Of a stretch of DNA of 64,000 bases, positions 9,786 through 17,868 are shown piece by piece (positions within the stretch are counted from its first letter, which is position 1; each line of letters begins with the position of its first letter). Made by a program: the position numbers and the translations under genes. Source of the DNA: Candidatus Pelagibacter sp. (GTDB lineage: Bacteria > Pseudomonadota > Alphaproteobacteria > Pelagibacterales > Pelagibacteraceae); the NCBI RefSeq assembly GCF_052049855.1, contig NZ_JBNGZE010000002.1:211798-275797 (forward strand), in the 5' to 3' direction. The notes below the pieces were generated by a model that was not told the DNA's origin, ran no database searches, and worked only from the letters and a program-made list of their open reading frames with translations.

Positions 9786-11319
9786 AACTTTTTATATTAC
9801 AACGCCTATATACTACCCATCAGCCAAGCCTCATATGGGTCATGCATATTCAAGTATTATCTCAGATTTTTTTGCGAGATTTAAAAAAATTGACGATTAT
9901 CAGGTTCATTTTCTTACTGGTACAGACGAACATGGATTAAAAATTCAAAGATCTGCGGAAAAGGCAGGGAAGGAACCTTTAGTATTTTGTGATCAAATTA
10001 GTCAAACCTTTAGAGATCTCTCCAATACTTTGAATTTATCAAATACTGATTTTATTAGAACTACAGAAGCTAGACATAAAAAAACAGTTCAACATCTTTG
10101 GAATGAACTTGAGAAAAATGATGACATATATTTATCAAACTATTCTGGATGGTATTCAGTATCTGATGAAGCCTTTTATAACGAAGACGAAATTGAGGAA
10201 TTTGATGGAATTAAAATTGCAATATCCTCAAAATCTCCTGTTGAATGGATTGAAGAAGAATCTTATTTTTTTAGACTTTCAAAGTGGGAAAAACCGTTAT
10301 TAGACTATTACGAAGCAAATCCAGATTTTATTGCTCCATTATCTAGGAAAAATGAAGTTATTAGTTTTGTAAAAAGTGGTCTTAAAGATCTTTCTGTAAG
10401 TAGAAAAAGTTTTTCATGGGGCATACCTGTTCCAAATAATAAAAACCACGTTATATATGTATGGCTCGATGCTTTAACAAATTATTTAAGTGCATTAAAC
10501 TATCCTAATACAAATGATGATTTATTTAAAAAATTTTGGCCAGCCTCAATACATTTAATTGGAAAAGATATACTCAGATTTCATGCTGTTTATTGGCCTG
10601 CCTTTTTATTAGCAGCAAAAATTGATTTACCAAAAAGAGTTTACGGACATGGATGGATACTATCAGGGGAAGAAAAAATGTCTAAATCTAAAGGGAATAT
10701 TCTTGATCCACTTGAAATAATTAAAGAGTATGGTCTAGATCCTTTAAGATACTACTTAATCAAAGAAGTTTCTTTTGGGAATGATGGAAATATATCTCAA
10801 GAAAGACTAGAAGATTGTATTAATAGTGATCTAGCTAACAATTTTGGAAATTTATGTCAGCGTGTTACCGCTTTTGCAATAAAAAATTGTAATGGAAAAA
10901 TTCCATTAGAAGTAAAATTTCATGATCAAGATTTAATGATACTAAATAAATATAAAGATAATTTAGATAATATTAGGTCGGAAATTGACAATCAAAATAT
11001 TAATTATTACATTGATTATATTGTAAATTCACTTTTTGAAGCTAATAAATATTTTAATGATCAAGAACCTTGGAAAAAAAAAGACAATATAATTAGATTA
11101 AATACTATTGTTTACACTACTTTAGAAATTGTAAGAAAAATAAGTTTTTTACTATATCCAATTATTCCTGAATCTTCTTTAAAGGCATTAAAGATCTTTG
11201 ACATTGAAGAAAAAAACATAAAATTAGACTCAGTTTCAAATAATGAGTATTTAACAAAAGGTAATAATATTCATAAAATAGACATACTTTTTAAAAAAAT
11301 AGAGAAAAACAATGATTGA
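9778..11319 (+). CDS. metG: Methionine-tRNA ligase (short form, no C-terminal EMAP domain)
   Basis: HMGH (HIGH), GTDEHG, KMSKS, YVWLDAL. Confidence 0.97.
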   Translation: MDKTFYITTPIYYPSAKPHMGHAYSSIISDFFARFKKIDDYQVHFLTGTDEHGLKIQRSAEKAGKEPLVFCDQISQTFRDLSNTLNLSNTDFIRTTEARHKKTVQHLWNELEKNDDIYLSNYSGWYSVSDEAFYNEDEIEEFDGIKIAISSKSPVEWIEEESYFFRLSKWEKPLLDYYEANPDFIAPLSRKNEVISFVKSGLKDLSVSRKSFSWGIPVPNNKNHVIYVWLDALTNYLSALNYPNTNDDLFKKFWPASIHLIGKDILRFHAVYWPAFLLAAKIDLPKRVYGHGWILSGEEKMSKSKGNILDPLEIIKEYGLDPLRYYLIKEVSFGNDGNISQERLEDCINSDLANNFGNLCQRVTAFAIKNCNGKIPLEVKFHDQDLMILNKYKDNLDNIRSEIDNQNINYYIDYIVNSLFEANKYFNDQEPWKKKDNIIRLNTIVYTTLEIVRKISFLLYPIIPESSLKALKIFDIEEKNIKLDSVSNNEYLTKGNNIHKIDILFKKIEKNND

Positions 11320-12079
11320 TTCACACTGTCATCTAGATCATGAACCATTATTAAGCGATTTAGCTAATGTAATACAAAGATCAAAAGAAGTTGGTATACA
11401 AAAATTACTTACTATCTCAACTTCTTTTGAAAGTTTTTCTAGAGTAAAAGATTTAATTAATAAAGATGATATGATTTATGGCACTATTGGAATTCATCCT
11501 CATGAAAGCTCCACAGATATTATCACTTCAAAACAGATCATTGAAAGTCTCAATGAAAACTCAAAAATTATTGGAATTGGAGAAACTGGATTAGATTTTT
11601 ATTATAATAACAGTGAAAAAGACAAGCAGATAGCAAGTTTTAAAGAACATATAGATGCATCCATAAAAACCAATATTCCATTAATTGTTCATTCAAGAGA
11701 TGCAGAAAAAGAAACTTTTGAGATTTTAAATGAATATAAAAATGAAAACCTTAAAATTTTGATGCATTGTTTTACTGGGTCTAAAGAATTCTCGGAAAAA
11801 CTAATGACTTTAAATTCATTCTTTTCAGCAAGTGGCATAATTACTTTTAAAAATTCATTAGATTTACAACATACGTTCAAATCTATTCCTATGGATAATA
11901 TCTTAATTGAGACAGATAGTCCTTTTTTAGCACCCGTTCCTAAAAGAGGAAAAAAAAATGAACCATCATTCATTGATTATACTGCTGCAAAATTAGCTGA
12001 AATTAAAAATATATCCAAAGAAAATCTTATCAAAAAAACCACAGATAATTTTAATAAACTATTTTTTAATTGTAATTAA
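11312..12079 (+). CDS. tatD: TatD family hydrolase
   Basis: DSHCH, IGETGLD, VHSR, HCF, ETDSPFLAP. Confidence 0.93.
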   Translation: MIDSHCHLDHEPLLSDLANVIQRSKEVGIQKLLTISTSFESFSRVKDLINKDDMIYGTIGIHPHESSTDIITSKQIIESLNENSKIIGIGETGLDFYYNNSEKDKQIASFKEHIDASIKTNIPLIVHSRDAEKETFEILNEYKNENLKILMHCFTGSKEFSEKLMTLNSFFSASGIITFKNSLDLQHTFKSIPMDNILIETDSPFLAPVPKRGKKNEPSFIDYTAAKLAEIKNISKENLIKKTTDNFNKLFFNCN

Positions 12080-12849
12080 TGCAATTTATTATTTTAGGCT
12101 GCGGCAGTTCAATGGGTGTACCAAGACCAGATGGTTTTTTTGGAAACTGTGATCCTAAAAATAAAAAAAATTATAGAACAAGATGTTCAGCTTTAATAAA
12201 AACTACAGATGAAAATATTCTCATAGATACATCTCCTGATCTACGTCAACAACTTTTAAGACATAAAATAAAAAAAATTAATAAAGTGTTATATTCACAC
12301 ATGCATGGTGATCAAACTCATGGAATAAATGATCTGAGATCTTTTTATATAAACAGCAGAAAACAACTTGATGTTTATGCTGATAAATATACTTCTAAAT
12401 ATCTTAATTCTACATTTTCTTATATATTTAAAAGCTATTCAAAAGAATATCCTGCAACCCTTAAACTTAATAAATTGCCAAAAAGAATATTTGCAAAAAA
12501 TAATAATAAAAATATTAGTATTCAATCAATTATGGTTGATCATGGTAAGGTTAAATCAAATTGTTTTATTGTTAATAAAAAATTGGCTTATATAAGTGAT
12601 GTAAGTAAAATTTATAGCAAAGATCATAAGTATTTTAAAAATCTAAAATATTTAGTCATTGATTGCTTGTGGTACAATTTTCATCCTTCACACTTTAATT
12701 TAGAGTCTTCACTAGCTATAATTAAAAAATTCAAACCCAAAAAAGCTATTCTCACAAATTTATCCCCAGTTTTAGATTATAAAGTGCTTAAAAAAATGCT
12801 GCCAAAAAATGTTGTTCCAGCATATGATGGATTAAGTATAAATTTATAA
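12079..12849 (+). CDS. Metallo-beta-lactamase-fold hydrolase (PhnP-like)
   Basis: LGCGSSMGVP, IDTSPDLRQQ, HMHGDQTHGINDLR, AYDG; follows tatD. Confidence 0.85.
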   Translation: MQFIILGCGSSMGVPRPDGFFGNCDPKNKKNYRTRCSALIKTTDENILIDTSPDLRQQLLRHKIKKINKVLYSHMHGDQTHGINDLRSFYINSRKQLDVYADKYTSKYLNSTFSYIFKSYSKEYPATLKLNKLPKRIFAKNNNKNISIQSIMVDHGKVKSNCFIVNKKLAYISDVSKIYSKDHKYFKNLKYLVIDCLWYNFHPSHFNLESSLAIIKKFKPKKAILTNLSPVLDYKVLKKMLPKNVVPAYDGLSINL

Positions 12850-13386
12850 AATATCTTCTATAATTTTAATTAACTTTTTTGACATAGGTTTGGTCATGGA
12901 TGCAAATGTATCTTCTATTTTGCCTTCTTTGTTAATTAAAATTTTATGAAAATTCCACTTTGGAACTGCTGATTTTCCGTGATTTTCTTTTGCCCATTTG
13001 AAAATTTCATGAGCATTTTTACCTTTAACTTCCGTTATAGTTGCTAATGGAAAGTTAATATTAAAATTTACTTCACAAAATTCTTTTACATCTGCATTAC
13101 TATTTTTTTCTTGATTAAATGAATTAGATGGAACACCAATGACAATTAAACCTTTTTCTTTATACAAGTCCCACAATTCTTGTAATTCTTCATATTGTTT
13201 AGTGAATCCACAATAACTTGCTGTATTAACAACTAAAATAACTTTATTTTTGTAATCTTTAAAATTAATTATTTCACCAGTTATACTCTCTATACTGAAA
13301 TCATAAATTTTTTTTTCGTAGTTTGCAGTTGCTGAGGTTTTAAAAAAAAACATAACTATAGATAATAGAAATATTAATTTTTTCAT
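12844..13386 (-). CDS. Glutathione peroxidase family protein (Cys type) with signal peptide
   Basis: VVNTASYCGFT, PSNSFNQE, WNFHKILI. Confidence 0.92.
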   Translation of the reverse strand: MKKLIFLLSIVMFFFKTSATANYEKKIYDFSIESITGEIINFKDYKNKVILVVNTASYCGFTKQYEELQELWDLYKEKGLIVIGVPSNSFNQEKNSNADVKEFCEVNFNINFPLATITEVKGKNAHEIFKWAKENHGKSAVPKWNFHKILINKEGKIEDTFASMTKPMSKKLIKIIEDIL

Positions 13387-14564
13387 TTATTTGGTTTATT
13401 TGGCGTTAGTAAAATTAAAAAATAACCAAATAATGTTGATAATAACGATCCAGTTAATACCCCAATTTTTACACCATCCATATATTGCATGTTTTCAACA
13501 AAAGCTAAATTTCCAACAAATAAACTCATTGTAAAACCAATCCCAGTAAGTACACCCACACCATAAAAATTATACCAACTTGTATCGTTTGGCATTTGGG
13601 CTACTTTTAATTTTATTGATATATAAGAAAATATAAATACTCCAAGTTGTTTACCTAGAAACAGTCCAAGTACAATGCCTAAAGGAACTTTATCCATTAA
13701 TGAAGCAAATGATAAACCATCTAAAGATACTCCGGCATTTGCAAATGCAAATAACGGCATTATCCCAAAAGCAACATACGGACTAATTGCATGTTCTATT
13801 TTTATCAATAAAGAAAAATCTTTTTCTTTTTTTCTATGAGGAATTGTCATTGCTAATAGAACTCCCGCAATAGTAGCGTGTATTCCAGAGTTATGTGTAA
13901 AATCCCATAGGAAAAGACCTACAACCAAGTAAGGTAGAAACTTTTTAATATTAAATTTGTTAATTAATAATAAAATAATAAATGCTAATAACATTAATGT
14001 TAAATATTTAATACTCAGATCTCCAGAGTAGAATAGGGCAATAATTACTATTGCTCCTAAATCATCAATTATAGCTAATGCAGTTAAGAATACTTTTAAA
14101 GATAAAGGAACTCTTTTGCCTAATAAAGATAAAACTCCTAAAGAAAAAGCGATATCAGTAGCTGATGGAATTGCCCACCCATTTAATGTTTCACTATCCC
14201 CAAAATTTATGAAAACATAAAATAATGCAGGAACCAACATACCTCCTACTGCACCTATGATTGGTAAAAGAGCTTGTTTAATATTGGAAAGCTCCCCTTG
14301 TAAAAATTCTCTTTTAATTTCTAACGTAACAAAGAAAAAGAAAATTGCCATTAAGGCATCATTGATCCAGTGCAATACTGATAATTTTAATCCAAAATTA
14401 TTAATACCTATAAATAAATACTTATTTAGAGTAGCAAAATAAAAATCCGCTAGTCCAGAATTGCTTATAAATAAAGCAATTATTGCAGCAAACAACAATA
14501 CAAGTCCACTCGCAGCCTCTAATTTAAAAAACCATTTAAAAGGCTTAGATATATAATTAATCAT
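13383..14564 (-). CDS. nhaA: Na+/H+ antiporter NhaA
   Basis: WINDALMA, ATDIAF, AIIDD, GIGFTMSLF. Confidence 0.95.
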   Translation of the reverse strand: MINYISKPFKWFFKLEAASGLVLLFAAIIALFISNSGLADFYFATLNKYLFIGINNFGLKLSVLHWINDALMAIFFFFVTLEIKREFLQGELSNIKQALLPIIGAVGGMLVPALFYVFINFGDSETLNGWAIPSATDIAFSLGVLSLLGKRVPLSLKVFLTALAIIDDLGAIVIIALFYSGDLSIKYLTLMLLAFIILLLINKFNIKKFLPYLVVGLFLWDFTHNSGIHATIAGVLLAMTIPHRKKEKDFSLLIKIEHAISPYVAFGIMPLFAFANAGVSLDGLSFASLMDKVPLGIVLGLFLGKQLGVFIFSYISIKLKVAQMPNDTSWYNFYGVGVLTGIGFTMSLFVGNLAFVENMQYMDGVKIGVLTGSLLSTLFGYFLILLTPNKPNK

Positions 14565-14570
14565 AAAAAA

Positions 14571-15068
14571 TTAAATAAGGTCTATAATAAATAGTTTAAT
14601 ATCTTGCAATGTTTCAAAAAGGTTAAATAGTATAATTTCTAATCCAGGAAACACATTATTAAGTGGAGTTTTTAGAGTATCTAGCAACAAAATTAATGCT
14701 ACAAAAGATATAATAAATACTATTAAATAAGAAAAAAACTTACTTCCTTTATTTTCTGTTTTTTTAGGTGTGGACGTATTTTTTTGTTTTTCAAAATTTT
14801 TTTCTTTTTTTTTGTTATTTATTTCAGTTTTAATTATTTCCTCTGAGTGTTGTCTCTCCTCTAATTTATAATTTATATTTTCGGCTTTTCTTTCAATGTC
14901 TTCACTTATAATTTCCTGTTTCAGCTCTAGTGCTTCATTTTTTTTTTCTTGGATATTATAAAACCAAATATGATTACATGATCCACATTGCAAATCTCTA
15001 CCTTCATCTGGTATTAAAGAATTATCAATTTTGAATTGCTTGTTACAATTTGGACATGTAATTATCAT
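14571..15068 (-). CDS. MJ0042-type zinc-ribbon protein with charged linker and C-terminal TM helix
   Basis: MIITCPNC...F...LQCGSCNHIW; Lys/Glu-rich linker; hydrophobic segment FFSYLIVFIISFVALILLL. Confidence 0.75.
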   Translation of the reverse strand: MIITCPNCNKQFKIDNSLIPDEGRDLQCGSCNHIWFYNIQEKKNEALELKQEIISEDIERKAENINYKLEERQHSEEIIKTEINNKKKEKNFEKQKNTSTPKKTENKGSKFFSYLIVFIISFVALILLLDTLKTPLNNVFPGLEIILFNLFETLQDIKLFIIDLI

Positions 15069-15162
15069 GCTTCGTTATATAACAGATTTTAATCAAATTT
15101 CTTTTAATTTTGGCTTCTTTATACATTGAAATTATCAATAACTGCTGTATTAGTACTCGGAT

Positions 15163-15239
<77 letters not shown>

Positions 15240-15245
15240 TCATTT

Positions 15246-15527
15246 ATGAAAAAAGCTATTATTTACATTCCAAATAAAAATCCAATGCAATCTGGATTAG
15301 CAAAAAATAATAAATGGATTTTAGAATTTAAAACAAAAGATCCAACAAAAAATCCTTTGATGGGTTGGGAAAGCTCATCAGATACATATACAGAATTAAG
15401 ACTTGAATTTTCAACTAAGGAATTAGCTATTAATTATGCAAAAAAAAATAAAATCGATTTTGAATTACTTCAACCAAGACAAAGAAAAACAGTAAAGAAA
15501 TCTTACGCAGATAATTTTTTAAAATAG
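15246..15527 (+). CDS. Complex I accessory subunit, NDUFS4-like
   Basis: KNPMQSG, W.LEF, NPLMGW.SS.D, YADNF. Confidence 0.88.
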   Translation: MKKAIIYIPNKNPMQSGLAKNNKWILEFKTKDPTKNPLMGWESSSDTYTELRLEFSTKELAINYAKKNKIDFELLQPRQRKTVKKSYADNFLK

Positions 15528-15530
15528 ACA

Positions 15531-16523
15531 ATGTTTAGATTTTTCACTCAAAAGATTTGGTTTCTTTGGTCATGGATTGGTTCAGCTGTTATTTTATCAT
15601 CACTCTGGATACAAGTTAAAATAGATGTAAAGATAAATGAATGGTTTGGTGAATTTTATGATATGATACAAAAAGCACTAGGAGCTCCAAACTCAATTAC
15701 TATAGAAGAGTATTGGGCAAGTTTATTATCTTTTATCACTTTAGCTGCAATGTATGTAGGTGTAGCTGTTATAGTAAGTTTTTTTACTTCGCATTATTTA
15801 TTCAGATGGAGAACTGCTATGGTTGAATGGTATCATAGTGTCTATGATAAAGCACGAAAAATAGAAGGAGCCGCACAAAGAGTTCAAGAAGATACGATTA
15901 AATTTTCTAGAATAATGGAGTCTCTTGGTACAAGTTTAATTGAAGCTTTAATGATACTTGTTGAATTTATGCCTATCTTATTTGGTTTAAGTGTGGGTAT
16001 ACCAATATTCTTTTTTGGTGATTGGGATTATGGATTAATTGTAGGTGCATTAATTTGGTCAATTGGAGGTACAATTTTTTTAATTTTACTTGGTTTAATC
16101 CTTAGATTAGTTGGAGTTGAATATGATCTCCAAAAAAAAGAGGCAGCTTATAGAAAAATACTTGTAATTGCAGAAGATGACGGGACAGTAAGACCTAAAA
16201 CTATTGAAGAATTATTTGATGGAGTGAGAAATATTCATTTCTTAAGTTATGCACGTTATTTATATTTTAATATTGGTAGGATAGCTTATTTACAAGCCAA
16301 TGTTCTTTCGGCTTATGTTTTTCTAGCACCTGCTATCGTGGCTGGTGCAGTAACTCTTGGAGTAATGCAGCAAATAATAAGAGCTTTTGGAAGGGTAGAG
16401 GGTTCTATGCAATATATTTTAAAAGCTTGGCCAACTATCATTGAACTTGCAAGTGTATATAAGCGTTTAAGAGAATTTGAGTCTAAAATCAATCAAGAAG
16501 ATTTAATTGATGAAAAAGCTTAA
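15531..16523 (+). CDS. SbmA/BacA-like peptide transporter
   Basis: INEWFGEFYDMIQKAL, FRWRTAM, IEGAAQRVQEDT, ELASVYKRLREFE. Confidence 0.85.
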   Translation: MFRFFTQKIWFLWSWIGSAVILSSLWIQVKIDVKINEWFGEFYDMIQKALGAPNSITIEEYWASLLSFITLAAMYVGVAVIVSFFTSHYLFRWRTAMVEWYHSVYDKARKIEGAAQRVQEDTIKFSRIMESLGTSLIEALMILVEFMPILFGLSVGIPIFFFGDWDYGLIVGALIWSIGGTIFLILLGLILRLVGVEYDLQKKEAAYRKILVIAEDDGTVRPKTIEELFDGVRNIHFLSYARYLYFNIGRIAYLQANVLSAYVFLAPAIVAGAVTLGVMQQIIRAFGRVEGSMQYILKAWPTIIELASVYKRLREFESKINQEDLIDEKA

Positions 16524-17470
16524 TGCCAATTGAAAAGAAATTTATTGATAAATTTGTAAATGTTACCTCAAAAGCAGCTTTAGCATCCTCATTTTTTATT
16601 GGAAAAAAAGATAAAATTGCTGCTGATAAAGCTGCTGTAGACTCCATGAGAAGTGAATTAAATAAAATTAATATTCAGGGAGAAATAGTAATAGGTGAGG
16701 GTGAACTAGACGAGGCTCCAATGTTGTACATCGGAGAAAGAGTTGGAAATAATAAAAATGGCCCAGAATTTGACATAGCTGTTGACCCTTTAGAAGGAAC
16801 TAATTTTGTAGCTAATAATTTACCTGGTGCTTTGTCTGTAATAGCAATTGCTGAAAAAAATAATTTATTTAAAGCTCCTGAAACCTATATGGAAAAAATC
16901 TCTACTAGAGTTAATGATAAAAATGTTATTGATTTGGATTTTTCAGTAAAGCAAAATATTTCCAATTTAAGTGATTATTTAAATAAGAATCCAGAAAATT
17001 TAACTGCGTGTATTCTTAATAGGCCAAGGCATAAAGAAATTATAGATGAATTGAATAAATTAAAAGTTAATCTAAAATTAATTACTGATGGAGATGTTTC
17101 GGGAGCATTATTGGTTGCAGAAAAAAAATATAATGTAGATATCTTTTTAGGTATTGGAGGTGGACCAGAAGGTGTTCTTTCTGCTGCTGCTTTAGATTCC
17201 TATAATTGTAATTTTCAAGGAAGATTTTTGTTTAAAACTGATGAAGATAAAATACGGGCAAAAAAAATGGGAATAGATGATTTAACAAAAAAATATGAAT
17301 TGAATGAAATAGTGACCGGTGATTCTATTTTTTGTGCAACGGGTATAACTTCTGGAGATTTAGTTAAAGGGGTAGAAATACAAGGCGACGAATTCATATC
17401 AGAGACATTAGTGACACATAAATCCTCAGGTATTAAAAAAGTAATAAAACTTAAACAAAATTCAAAATGA
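16523..17470 (+). CDS. glpX: Fructose-1,6-bisphosphatase class II
   Basis: ADKAAVDSMR, IGEGELDEAPML, DIAVDPLEGT, DGDV, GGGPEGV. Confidence 0.95.
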   Translation: MPIEKKFIDKFVNVTSKAALASSFFIGKKDKIAADKAAVDSMRSELNKINIQGEIVIGEGELDEAPMLYIGERVGNNKNGPEFDIAVDPLEGTNFVANNLPGALSVIAIAEKNNLFKAPETYMEKISTRVNDKNVIDLDFSVKQNISNLSDYLNKNPENLTACILNRPRHKEIIDELNKLKVNLKLITDGDVSGALLVAEKKYNVDIFLGIGGGPEGVLSAAALDSYNCNFQGRFLFKTDEDKIRAKKMGIDDLTKKYELNEIVTGDSIFCATGITSGDLVKGVEIQGDEFISETLVTHKSSGIKKVIKLKQNSK

Positions 17471-17514
17471 TATACTTGATTAATGATTGTTTTTACAATA
17501 AAAAGCAGCAATTT

Positions 17515-17589
17515 GGTCCCTTCGTCTATCGGTTAGGACACGTGGTTTTCATCCTCGAAAGAGGGGTTCGATTCCCCTAGGGACCGCCA
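17515..17589 (+). tRNA. tRNA-Glu(UUC)
   Basis: GGTCCCT acceptor; loop TTTTCAT; T-arm AGGGG-TTCGATT-CCCCT; CCA end; one T-T mismatch in the anticodon stem. Confidence 0.93.
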
Positions 17590-17607
17590 TAATTCAAATA
17601 AGCTCTT

Positions 17608-17868
17608 ATGGTTTATTACGTATATTTAATCAAAACTTTAGAAAGCTATCCAACCAAAACATATGTAGGATACACTAATAATTTAAATATGAGGCTGCAA
17701 AAACATAATTCAAATTTAGGAGCTAAATCTACCAAAGGTTATGAATGGGAATATATTTATAAAAAAAAATTTTATTCAAAATCAAAAGCACTTTCATTTG
17801 AATATAAACTAAAAAAAGATAGAAAAGAAAGATTGAGATTATTATATGAATTTAAAAAAAAATCTTAA
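17608..17868 (+). CDS. Small GIY-YIG nuclease family protein (YhbQ/Slx1-like)
   Basis: YYVYLI...TYVGYT...RLQKHN...GAK.T...A..FE; 86 aa. Confidence 0.88.
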   Translation: MVYYVYLIKTLESYPTKTYVGYTNNLNMRLQKHNSNLGAKSTKGYEWEYIYKKKFYSKSKALSFEYKLKKDRKERLRLLYEFKKKS

